Source of the DNA: an uncultured Bacteroidota bacterium
GTDB taxonomy: Bacteria; Bacteroidota; Bacteroidia; Flavobacteriales; Flavobacteriaceae
Direction of reading: 5' to 3'
Length of the DNA stretch: 64,000 nt
NCBI GenBank assembly: GCA_902519955.1
Contig: CABYMF010000001.1
Span: forward strand, 24,055 to 88,054
Under the pieces are notes generated by a model, which worked only from the letters and a program-made list of their open reading frames with translations, did not search any database and was not told the origin of the DNA. Shown one piece after another: positions 10,101-17,712 of this stretch. The position numbers and the translations under genes are program-made. Positions within the stretch are counted from its first letter, which is position 1. Each line of letters opens with the position of its first letter.

Positions 10101-11071
10101 TAATTTAGAGTTGAATTAATTTTATAGAGTTCTAATACTAATTGCTTTATTTCAAAATAATTATTGATTAAATTTTTTCTGATTGCCTCAATTCTCTCAA
10201 TTTTAACTTTTTCAAGATTTTTATTATAAAGATTTGACTTACCTATGAGAGATTTCTCTATGGATTCATTAATTATAAATTTATCATCATTTAATTGTGA
10301 CTTAAGATATTTTGGAAAATATCCTCCTCTAAAATCACTATCGACTAAACCATTTTCATAAATCATATTTAGTGTTTGATCAAACAAAGAGATGATTTCA
10401 TGTTTCTTTTTAATCTTAAAATCTAAGATCTGTTTTCTTAGTTTAGATAATAGATTATTATCCATTTTTTTTAAATACTCAATCTGATCTTTATTTGATT
10501 CCTTATCAATAAAAACACTAAAATCTTTTAAGTCATATGTAATATCCCAACTTTTATTGATGGTAATTTTAAACTTAGCAAATTCAATTAGTAAGTTTTT
10601 TAGTTCTTTATTACCATCTATTTCTGAAATTAATTCATCGATTGCTAAATCAATGTATATATCGGAGTCTAACTCGACTAGTGAATCCTCATTATGATTA
10701 GACTCATCAATACTACTGATAATGTTATTTGTAAAGCTATCAATTGTGATTACATTAAAATTAGAATAGTCATAGAGTATTTTTTCTAAAATTTTGGCTG
10801 ACCTTTTAACAACATCTAACTCATCTAAACTAGTTTTTTTTAATACTAGTTCTTTAATTACATCATTTCTTTGTTCCTTTAAATCCAATAAATATGAAAG
10901 AATTCTATCTTTCATCTCAGCAGAGGCCTTATTAGTAAATGTAAGAGCAAGCATTGATTTAAAGTGATTATCATCTTCTGTAACCAATAACTTTGATATA
11001 AACTCAATTGCTAGTTTGAAGGTTTTACCAGATCCTGCAGATGAATTTATAATCTTAAATGAGTAGTTCAT
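7121..11071 (-). CDS. UvrD-like (SF1) helicase fused to a C-terminal PD-(D/E)XK (RecB-family) nuclease; AddA/AddB-like
   Basis: Walker A SAGSGKTF, motif II YIDEFQDTS, motif III VGDPKQSIYRWRGG, TIHKAKGLEFPFVIV and LLYVAFSRAESEL. A second helicase-2A-like remnant follows (YDYVLFPNMNEGLFP ... GEESRFVKQI). The nuclease motifs are GTLIHRVIEKLY ... GIIDRIDMFNDEVRIIDYKSG ... LLQLLFYKYL. Confidence 0.8.
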   Translation of the reverse strand: MNYSFKIINSSAGSGKTFKLAIEFISKLLVTEDDNHFKSMLALTFTNKASAEMKDRILSYLLDLKEQRNDVIKELVLKKTSLDELDVVKRSAKILEKILYDYSNFNVITIDSFTNNIISSIDESNHNEDSLVELDSDIYIDLAIDELISEIDGNKELKNLLIEFAKFKITINKSWDITYDLKDFSVFIDKESNKDQIEYLKKMDNNLLSKLRKQILDFKIKKKHEIISLFDQTLNMIYENGLVDSDFRGGYFPKYLKSQLNDDKFIINESIEKSLIGKSNLYNKNLEKVKIERIEAIRKNLINNYFEIKQLVLELYKINSTLNYLPPFSIISKLEEKIQKIQDENGIRLISKFNKQLNLLIQQNDTPYIYEKLGSRFTDFYIDEFQDTSELQWNNLIPLISNSIHSESHDGLKGSLLIVGDPKQSIYRWRGGKFNQFINLIYGQTNPFHFKPDIEKIDSNYRSSREIINFNSDFFTYLSNHLELDIYDSDDLNFKQESNKKEVGHVSITSCESQTFYSKIENEILDIIDRGYKPNEIAILVRFNKHAKDLIENINSSKFNLISSEVLQISSSKKIQFIISILKLSKAKNDYSERKRVIDFLFKHNYFGNNYENLNMCFHINLSKTDIIDFFRNISNQKFDFKYFTSLNILNAVKYCIDNFHININDAYLYAFIDNIFEFIESHDDSINSYIEYWEKKSDSIHLNIPEHRDSIVISTIHKAKGLEFPFVIVPIYNDKINDNRNADPIWLYEPFKSFDSLKWTLVPKSQNLIHMGDNAKEIYESSELNIKLDTINLLYVAFSRAESELSIISKKDKLNNNSLSSIIHNFLEYKSVTEEYKIGQKTINKNDQNKIESSSSENKKINIISALKNLSQAKYISELLSKAFAKNNSSKVYIFFPNPDLIQLINFFDDESNIELCYSTHLFSTKILDYDYVLFPNMNEGLFPFIKLNDSAISDSEKKKFESLSQNEQEKKISDKFYKIIDKAKQVHLIYDSSINSFGSGEESRFVKQIKMLSSGLTFINRKVIQQNLIISEDEEVKIVKDDLISKKIESILSEGVSASSLSLFIKNPYLFYEQKILGIDNKDESKYLNYMDQGTLIHRVIEKLYKPFIGKNLDVSDINFMKNQLQNESRNTFIELYSKEPIGKNLIFIEVVKEYIENTLNFELDQIKNQNARIKIISLEKKLEYNLTIRNQNVKLKGIIDRIDMFNDEVRIIDYKSGNVNSGVLDIKNIDKVKIDHKYSYLLQLLFYKYLFGIDDANIQIKEIGICSLKKRNLPFQFIKNQAILSVEQIQMIISDIIIDIMQTDEFIDSGNPL

Positions 11072-11079
11072 ATTTAGTG

Positions 11080-11109
11080 TTGAAACTTAATAAAATAATC
11101 CTAATTTTG
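11080..11109 (+). promoter_or_regulatory. Candidate Bacteroidota-type promoter for the sod gene (TTG, 19-nt spacer, TAATTTTG)
   Basis: TTG at 11080..11082 and TAATTTTG (TAnnTTTG -7 consensus) at 11102..11109, 12 nt upstream of the ATG at 11122. Confidence 0.35.
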
Positions 11110-11121
11110 TAAAAAAAAATT

Positions 11122-11724
11122 ATGGCTTTCGAATTACCTAAATTAAATTATGCTTTTGACGCGTTAGAACCAAACATAGATACAAAAACTATGGAAATTC
11201 ATTATGGAAAACACCATAATGGTTACACAAATAACTTAAATAACATTATATCAGGTACTGATAATGAAGGAAGGAGTATTGAAGATATATTAAATTCTTT
11301 AGATCTTGAAAATAAAGGATTGAGAAACAACGGTGGAGGTTTCTATAATCATAATCTTTTCTGGGAAATTATGGGACCTAATGGAGGCGGAGAGCCTAAA
11401 GGAGAAATAAGTGAATCCATAAATTTAAATTTTAGTTCATTTGAAAATTTTAAAGATGAATTTAGTAAAGCAGCTGCTACAAGATTTGGTTCAGGGTGGG
11501 CATGGCTATGTGCACATCCAGATGGTAAATTAGAAATATGTTCAACAGCTAATCAAGATAATCCTCTCATGCCAAATGGTTGTGGTGGAAATCCAATTCT
11601 ATGTCTTGACGTCTGGGAGCATGCTTATTATTTAAATTATCAAAACAGAAGACCTGATTATATAAATGCATTTTTCAATGTAATTAATTGGGATGAAGTG
11701 AATAACAGATTTACAAATGAATAA
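11122..11724 (+). CDS. Fe/Mn superoxide dismutase
   Basis: [32 protein letters not shown] and [19 protein letters not shown] did not try to assign the metal specificity. Confidence 0.93.
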   Translation: MAFELPKLNYAFDALEPNIDTKTMEIHYGKHHNGYTNNLNNIISGTDNEGRSIEDILNSLDLENKGLRNNGGGFYNHNLFWEIMGPNGGGEPKGEISESINLNFSSFENFKDEFSKAAATRFGSGWAWLCAHPDGKLEICSTANQDNPLMPNGCGGNPILCLDVWEHAYYLNYQNRRPDYINAFFNVINWDEVNNRFTNE

Positions 11725-11749
11725 AAAAAGGGGATAAATCCCCTTTTTT
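11724..11749. terminator. Intrinsic, potentially bidirectional terminator hairpin between convergent sod and purF
   Basis: AAAAAA-GGGGA-TAAA-TCCCC-TTTTTT. The stem is 11730..11734 paired with 11739..11743, flanked by an A-tract and a T-tract, immediately after the sod stop codon. Confidence 0.6.
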
Positions 11750-11857
11750 GCCCCAAATCTTACCATGAACTTAACCTACTTATGTTCAGGTTTACTCAAT
11801 TTATATATTTTTTTTTATAAATAAAACTTATTTATGAATTATTTTTAATTATAATGA

Positions 11858-13672
11858 TTAATAAGCTCTTCCTGACTTACCTACTACGAAGTTAATAAAA
11901 GCTTGATTTACTACTTTATTTCCACCTGGGGTTGGATAATTACCAGTAAAGTACCAATCTCCCTTATGATTTTTACATGCCTTATGAAGGTTTTCTACCT
12001 TTTGAAAGATTATTTCCAATTCTACATTACAATTTATATCCATTAACATTTCAGACATCTTTGAAGAAATTTGTTCTGGTGTAAAATCTTTATAAAAATC
12101 TTTAACATGATTCTTCTTATAAACTCCTATTTTTTTTGATTCAATACACTTTTTATAAGTGGAGTCTATAATTTCATCATATGTCATAGCATCCTTGTGA
12201 AGTTCAATTGCTGCTTTAAATGCAATAAAATCTTCAATTTTGGCCATATCTATTCCATAACAATCTGGATATCTAATTTGTGGAGCACTTGAAACGACAA
12301 CTATTTTTTTTGGATTAAGCCTAAACAACATCTTTAAAATACTTTCTCTTAAAGTAGTTCCTCTAACAATACTATCATCAATAATTACAAGATTGTCTGA
12401 AGTCTTAATAACTCCATATGTAATATCATAAACATGAGCAACAAGATCTTCTCTTCCTTTATCTTCAGAAATAAATGTTCTTAATTTGGCATCTTTTATG
12501 GCTATTTTTTCAATTCTTGGATTATGTTTTTTAGCTTTTTCAATTAAACCATAAAATGACGTTTCAGCTGTATTTGGTATGAATGAAAAAACAGTATTCG
12601 AATAATCTTTTTTTATAGATTTCTCTATTTGCGATATCAAAAGACTCCCTAGCATTTTTCTTTCCTTGTAGATATCTGCATCTGAACCTCTTGAAAAATA
12701 TATTCTTTCAAATGAACATGATTTATTTATTCTAGGTTTTAATATTTCCTTTATAGATGTTTTTCCATCTTTTTTAATTAGTAAAGCATTCCCTCTAGGA
12801 ATCTCATTTATTTCTTTATAAGATATATCAAAAACTGTTTGAATTGCAGGTCTTTCTGAGGCTACTGCAACTACCTCTTCATTCTCAAAATAATATGCAG
12901 GTCTAATACCGTGGGGATCTCTCATAACAAAAGAGTCTCCATGCCCAAGCATTCCTGCTATTACATATCCACCATCCCATTTCTTTGAGGATTTTTTTAA
13001 TACTTTTTGGATATTAAGATTCTTTTCAATTAATGGTGGCATATCTAATTTATCTATCCCTTTTCTTTTTAATTTTTCATAACTGGATATTACTTCTGTA
13101 TCTAGAAAATGTCCAATGTTTTCCATTATTGTTATTGTGTCAGATTGTTCCCTTGGATGTTGACCTAATTTAACAAGACTTTCAAACAGCTCATCATTAT
13201 TGGTCATATTAAAATTTCCAGCTAGAATTAAATTTCTATACATCCAGTTATTTTGTCGCATGACAGGATGAACATATTCAATAGAATTTTTTCCATAGGT
13301 ACCATACCTAACATGACCAAGCATTACTTGACCAATAAAAGGTGCCTTGTTAAAGAATTCATCCAAATTGATGCTAACCTTTTCTGATTTTAAAAATTGA
13401 TTTATTTTTTTATTTATTTTTTTAAATACTGAATGAATAGCTTGCTGATCAAAAGACCTAACTCTAAAAAAATATTTATCTCCAGGCTTTAAGTCTAACT
13501 TTAAGCTTGCGAATCCTGCTCCATCCTGGCCTCTATTCTTTTGCTTCTCCATCATTAAAAACATCTTATCAATGCCATACATGTGGGAGCCATATTTTTC
13601 TTTGTAATGGTTGAGTGGCTTTTTTAGATGAACTAATGCAATTCCACATTCATGTTTTAATTGATCACTCAC
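11858..13672 (-). CDS. purF: Amidophosphoribosyltransferase (class II glutamine amidotransferase)
   Basis: N-terminal ...HECGIALV (Ntn catalytic Cys after a short propeptide). The PRTase motif LVIIDDSIVRGTT is present. Length is 604 aa. Confidence 0.9.
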   Translation of the reverse strand: MSDQLKHECGIALVHLKKPLNHYKEKYGSHMYGIDKMFLMMEKQKNRGQDGAGFASLKLDLKPGDKYFFRVRSFDQQAIHSVFKKINKKINQFLKSEKVSINLDEFFNKAPFIGQVMLGHVRYGTYGKNSIEYVHPVMRQNNWMYRNLILAGNFNMTNNDELFESLVKLGQHPREQSDTITIMENIGHFLDTEVISSYEKLKRKGIDKLDMPPLIEKNLNIQKVLKKSSKKWDGGYVIAGMLGHGDSFVMRDPHGIRPAYYFENEEVVAVASERPAIQTVFDISYKEINEIPRGNALLIKKDGKTSIKEILKPRINKSCSFERIYFSRGSDADIYKERKMLGSLLISQIEKSIKKDYSNTVFSFIPNTAETSFYGLIEKAKKHNPRIEKIAIKDAKLRTFISEDKGREDLVAHVYDITYGVIKTSDNLVIIDDSIVRGTTLRESILKMLFRLNPKKIVVVSSAPQIRYPDCYGIDMAKIEDFIAFKAAIELHKDAMTYDEIIDSTYKKCIESKKIGVYKKNHVKDFYKDFTPEQISSKMSEMLMDINCNVELEIIFQKVENLHKACKNHKGDWYFTGNYPTPGGNKVVNQAFINFVVGKSGRAY

Positions 13673-14575
13673 CTATTTTAGTTTATTAATTCTTTTTTTA
13701 ATATCAGACATTGACAAATTTAACAAGTTTTTTGTTGCCATATTTTCAACATTAAATGATGCTAATGAAGTTCCATAATCAATTGCAGATTTAATAGACT
13801 CAAAGGAGACTTCAGATGACTGAGATAAATACCCTGTTATTCCACCAATGAAGCAATCTCCAGCTCCTGTTGGATCAATTACTTTATCAACTTTATATGC
13901 ATTTGCAATATATCTTTTTTCGTAATTAAACAGCTCAGCACCATCCTTTCCTTTCTTTATTATAACATATCTAGGACCCATTGTGTTTAATCCTTTTGCA
14001 GCCTTCTTTAAGTCTTTATGGCCTGTTATCATCTCTGATTCCTCGTCATTAATTGATATAATATCAACTTTTGATATTACTTCTTTTAATGTATCCCAGA
14101 AATTTTCTATCCAATAATTCATTGTATCAAGGATTATTACAGATGGTTTATTTTTCAACTGATTTATAGCAGATAGCTGAATTTCAGGATGAAGATTTCC
14201 AAGCAGAAGAATATCTGGATTTGATTTATTTTTAGAAATTATTGGATTAAAACTTTTCATTACATTAAGCTCAGTCTTTGTTGTAATTCTTTCTTTAAAA
14301 TTATCAGTATATATACAACTCCAATAAAATGTCTTATTATTTTTTTCAATCTTTATGCCTGAAATATCAACACCACAATTTTCTAAAAGATTTAAATCTT
14401 CTCTCTTAAAATCTTTCCCAACTACAGATACGATTGAGTATTCACTGCTAAAATTTTTAAGTGATAAACATATGTAGGTACCTGCTCCACCCAGGACATT
14501 ATCGACCTCATTTTCTGGAGTTTCAATGCCATCATATGCTAATGAGGCTACAATTAAAACAGATTTTTTTGACAT
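13673..14575 (-). CDS. PfkB-family (ribokinase-like) carbohydrate/nucleoside kinase
   Basis: C-terminal PfkB signature VIDPTGAGDCFIGG and an N-terminal GGAGTY motif. Length is 300 aa. Its stop abuts the purF start. Confidence 0.8.
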   Translation of the reverse strand: MSKKSVLIVASLAYDGIETPENEVDNVLGGAGTYICLSLKNFSSEYSIVSVVGKDFKREDLNLLENCGVDISGIKIEKNNKTFYWSCIYTDNFKERITTKTELNVMKSFNPIISKNKSNPDILLLGNLHPEIQLSAINQLKNKPSVIILDTMNYWIENFWDTLKEVISKVDIISINDEESEMITGHKDLKKAAKGLNTMGPRYVIIKKGKDGAELFNYEKRYIANAYKVDKVIDPTGAGDCFIGGITGYLSQSSEVSFESIKSAIDYGTSLASFNVENMATKNLLNLSMSDIKKRINKLK

Positions 14576-14580
14576 TTATT

Positions 14581-15045
14581 TTAATTTATATTATACCCTG
14601 TGTCTTCTAATAGATTTGAATTCTTAGCTGCAAGATTAGCTAAAAAATCACATCTTTCATTATAAAAATCGTTATTATGACCTTTTATCCATTGGAATTT
14701 AACTTTATGATTCTTATAAATCTCTAAAAATCTTCTCCATAAATCTGGATTTTTTTTGTTTTTAAAATCCTTTTTTACCCAATCAAATAACCAACCTTTT
14801 TCCACTGCATCTGAAACATATTTAGAATCAGTAAATATTTTGACGTTACAATTTTTTAATTTAAGATTTTCAAGACCTATTATGACAGCAAGTAATTCCA
14901 TTCTATTATTAGTTGTTAGCTTGAAGCCCTGGCTAAACTCTTTTTTATATTCTCCGTCTGCAGATAACATAACAATTCCATACCCACCAGGTCCTGGATT
15001 TCCAATAGACGAACCATCTGTATAAATTTTTATTAGCTTACTCAT
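14581..15045 (-). CDS. rnhA: Ribonuclease HI
   Basis: IYTDGSSIGNPGPGGYG, NNRMELLAVI, IFTDSKYV and KGHNNDFYNERCDFLA (DEDD catalytic pattern). Length is 154 aa. Confidence 0.9.
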   Translation of the reverse strand: MSKLIKIYTDGSSIGNPGPGGYGIVMLSADGEYKKEFSQGFKLTTNNRMELLAVIIGLENLKLKNCNVKIFTDSKYVSDAVEKGWLFDWVKKDFKNKKNPDLWRRFLEIYKNHKVKFQWIKGHNNDFYNERCDFLANLAAKNSNLLEDTGYNIN

Positions 15046-15605
15046 TTTATTAGCAGTGATTGAATGACTTTTGGATAATACTCATATTCTAATATATGAA
15101 TCTTTTCTTCTATTGATCTAGCCGTGTCATTATCTTCAATACTTATTTTTTTTTGAAATATTATCTCTCCAGAATCATATTGATTTGAAACATAATGAAT
15201 AGTTATTCCTGTTTCTGTCTCATTATTTTCAATTACTTTATTATGAATTTTTGATCCGTACATTCCTTTTCCACCATAACTTGGTAAAATCGATGGATGA
15301 ATATTTATTATCTTATTTTTAAAATAGTCTATGTATGTATTAGGTATTTTTTTTAAAAATCCAGCTAAAACTATTAAATCGGGATCAATAATTTTTAATT
15401 CCTCAAATACACTAAAAGATAACTGATCATTACTGAAGCATGCAGTTTTAACTTTTGAATCATAGTGACTTTTTAAAAAAGGTGAATTTTTATTGTTTGA
15501 GTATACCTTTGTAACTGATATTTCATCTGAATCTCTAAACTGATTTATAATATTTAGAGCATTTGTTCCTCTACCTGAAATAAATATTACAATTTTTTTT
15601 TTCAT
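15042..15605 (-). CDS. purN: Phosphoribosylglycinamide formyltransferase
   Basis: IVIFISGRGTNALNII, LIVLAGF, INIHPSILPSYGGKGMYG and ETGITIHYV. Confidence 0.9.
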   Translation of the reverse strand: MKKKIVIFISGRGTNALNIINQFRDSDEISVTKVYSNNKNSPFLKSHYDSKVKTACFSNDQLSFSVFEELKIIDPDLIVLAGFLKKIPNTYIDYFKNKIINIHPSILPSYGGKGMYGSKIHNKVIENNETETGITIHYVSNQYDSGEIIFQKKISIEDNDTARSIEEKIHILEYEYYPKVIQSLLIK

Positions 15606-15682
15606 TTAATAATGACAAGGTCCAATATATTTGAAAAAAACTTTTTTATTTAACAAATAAAGGTATAATTTCGAATTAAAGG

Positions 15683-15719
15683 TCAGTTTTGACAAAAGTT
15701 TTTTAATTTTGTCAACTGA
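15683..15719. promoter_or_regulatory. Imperfect 13-bp inverted repeat (candidate operator) in the divergent purN/acpP intergenic region
   Basis: 15689..15697 (TTGACAAAA) pairs with 15707..15715 (TTTTGTCAA). After a 2-nt bulge, 15683..15686 (TCAG) pairs with 15716..15719 (CTGA). The loop is 9 nt, and the repeat overlaps the putative -7 box. Confidence 0.3.
15704..15711 (+). promoter_or_regulatory. Candidate -7 promoter box (TAATTTTG) for acpP-fabF
   Basis: Exact TAnnTTTG match 27 nt upstream of the acpP ATG at 15739. I found no well-spaced -33 TTTG. Confidence 0.3.
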
Positions 15720-15738
15720 ACTAATAAACAAAAATATT

Positions 15739-15972
15739 ATGTCAGATATTTCTTCAAGAGTTAAAGCAATAATAGTAGATAAATTAGGAGTTGATGAGAA
15801 CGAAGTAGTTCCTGAGGCTAGTTTTACCAACGATTTAGGGGCAGACTCTCTAGATACAGTAGAGCTTATAATGGAATTTGAAAAAGAGTTCGATATACAA
15901 ATTCCAGATGATCAAGCAGAAAATATTGTCTCTGTTGGTCAGGCTATTGAGTTCATAGAAAAATCAAAATAA
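15739..15972 (+). CDS. acpP: Acyl carrier protein
   Basis: [20 protein letters not shown]...[16 protein letters not shown] (phosphopantetheine Ser motif DSLD). I prefer the ATG at 15739 over the TTG at 15709 used by the ORF track. Confidence 0.93.
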   Translation: MSDISSRVKAIIVDKLGVDENEVVPEASFTNDLGADSLDTVELIMEFEKEFDIQIPDDQAENIVSVGQAIEFIEKSK

Positions 15973-15983
15973 AAATTTAATTA

Positions 15984-17234
15984 ATGTCTTCAAGAAGAGT
16001 TGTAGTTACTGGAATGGGAGCTCTAACTCCAATTGGTAATAATCTAAATTCATACTGGAACGGCCTTATTAGCGGTACCTCTGGTTGTGGTAATATTACT
16101 CAATTTGATGCATCAAATTTTAAAACAAAATTTGCTTGTGAATTAAAAGGATTTGATCCTGCTGATCACTTCGAGAGAAAAGAGTTTAGAAGGTATGATA
16201 AGTTTTCTCAGTATGGTATTGTTGCTGCCTCAGAGGCTATTGATGATTCAAAAATTATTGAATCTAGTTTAAACCATGATAGGATAGGAGTAATTTGGGG
16301 AGCAGGAATTGGTGGACTGGAGACTTTTCAAAATGAAATGTTGAATTTTTCTGATGGTGATGGAACTCCAAGGTTTAACCCTTTCATGATTCCTAAAATG
16401 ATTCCTGACATTGCTGCAGGATTAATTGCAATGAAATATGGTTTTCAAGGACCTAACTATGCTACAGTTTCAGCTTGTGCTTCATCTTCAAATGCTCTAA
16501 TTGATGCTCTAACATATATTAGAGTTGGATATGCTGATGTTATAGTTGCAGGAGGATCTGAGGCTCCAGTAACTATTGCTGGTGTGGGAGGGTTTAACGC
16601 AATGCATGCATTATCTACAAGAAATGATGATCCTTCAACAGCATCAAGACCATTTGATAAAGATAGGGATGGCTTTGTTCTTGGTGAGGGAGCAGGCGCA
16701 TTAATCCTTGAAGAATATGAACATGCAGTAAATAGAGATGCTAAAATTTATGCAGAACTTATAGGTGGTGGCCTATCATGTGATGCTTATCACATGACAG
16801 CCCCTCATCCTGATGGAAGAGGAGCTGTTAAAGTAATGAAGAATTGCCTTGATGATGCAAATATTAATACAAGTGATGTTGATTTAATTAATATGCATGG
16901 TACTTCAACTCCTTTAGGAGATGTTGCAGAAAGTAAAGCTGTAAAAGATGTTTTTCAGGAAGATGCTTACAATCTAAATATAAATTCTACAAAATCTATG
17001 ACAGGACATTTACTTGGAGCGGCAGGAGCAGTAGAGGCAATTTCATGTATTATGGCGATAAAACATGGTGTTATCCCTCCAACAATTAATCATTTTAATA
17101 ATGATGAAAATATTGACCCTAAACTTAATTTTACATTTATATCCCCTCAAAAAAAATCAGTTAATATTGCAATGTCAAATACATTTGGTTTTGGCGGACA
17201 TAACGCATGTGTAATATTTAGAAAGTTAGATTAG
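15984..17234 (+). CDS. fabF: 3-oxoacyl-ACP synthase II
   Basis: RVVVTGMG, active-site ACASS, HMTAP..., NMHGTSTPLGD and FGFGGHNA. Length is 416 aa. Confidence 0.93.
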   Translation: MSSRRVVVTGMGALTPIGNNLNSYWNGLISGTSGCGNITQFDASNFKTKFACELKGFDPADHFERKEFRRYDKFSQYGIVAASEAIDDSKIIESSLNHDRIGVIWGAGIGGLETFQNEMLNFSDGDGTPRFNPFMIPKMIPDIAAGLIAMKYGFQGPNYATVSACASSSNALIDALTYIRVGYADVIVAGGSEAPVTIAGVGGFNAMHALSTRNDDPSTASRPFDKDRDGFVLGEGAGALILEEYEHAVNRDAKIYAELIGGGLSCDAYHMTAPHPDGRGAVKVMKNCLDDANINTSDVDLINMHGTSTPLGDVAESKAVKDVFQEDAYNLNINSTKSMTGHLLGAAGAVEAISCIMAIKHGVIPPTINHFNNDENIDPKLNFTFISPQKKSVNIAMSNTFGFGGHNACVIFRKLD

Positions 17235-17415
17235 CATAAAAAATCTCAGTAGTATCAAAAAAATATTTAAATTAGATTCATCCCATATTGAGAACTATAA
17301 GCTAATAGCAATTCATTCAAACCTATCAATATTTTCACTTGTATATCGAATAAATAAGTTTTGTTTTACTGAGTTTGTAAGATCAAACAATGACTTAAAA
17401 GTAGATCACAAATTT

Positions 17416-17712
17416 ATGATCCCTCATTTCAACTGGAATAATGAAAAAAAAGGGATAAGCTTTGAGCTTTTTGAAAATAAGTTTACTGTTGAAGATAAAG
17501 ATCCTGGACTAATAGATTCTCTTTTTAGTTTGTCAATTTCAAAAGAGTTATCTTTGATAGAATCACATAAAGAAGTTGATTTCTTTATTAAACAAAATTG
17601 TTTTTTTTCAACATCAAATTTGATTGAAAAAATGTCAAAAATTCAAAATATTTCGCTTATTTACAGAGTTCCGAGTAGGGAGCTTTCAGAAAACTTTAAT
17701 TTCGATTTATGA
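17416..17712 (+). CDS. IPExxxVDY-family protein. This is the minimal ATG-initiated ORF; the reading frame is open back to 17230.
   Basis: LIESHKEVDFFIK matches the family's signature position, and the NFNFDL C-terminus resembles the family tail, as I recall the family from memory. The upstream in-frame translation KLDSSHIENYKLIAIHSNLSIFSLVYRINK looks like the conserved family N-terminus but contains no ATG/GTG/TTG. Confidence 0.55.
   Translation: MIPHFNWNNEKKGISFELFENKFTVEDKDPGLIDSLFSLSISKELSLIESHKEVDFFIKQNCFFSTSNLIEKMSKIQNISLIYRVPSRELSENFNFDL

Noticed and set aside
7121-11071. The large helicase-nuclease as a stand-alone anti-phage defence gene.
   Set aside because: It is flanked by housekeeping genes, with no methylase, ATPase partner, toxin or mobile-element genes and no obvious compositional shift. 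A DNA-repair (AddAB/RecB-like) role is the more economical reading.
11750-11857. A 108-nt non-coding gap between sod and purF, checked for a tRNA or small RNA.
   Set aside because: No cloverleaf-compatible stems and no conserved T-loop or D-loop sequences are present. There is only a weak 5-bp hairpin (TGAAC...GTTCA). The region is most simply spacer downstream of the terminator.
15606-15830. A 74-aa minus-strand ORF that ends exactly where purN starts, which could be an upstream leader peptide or small gene.
   Set aside because: Two thirds of it is antisense to the acpP coding sequence and promoter. The remainder is the A+T-rich intergenic region. There is no signal, TM or conserved motif. 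The abutment with purN is most simply coincidence.
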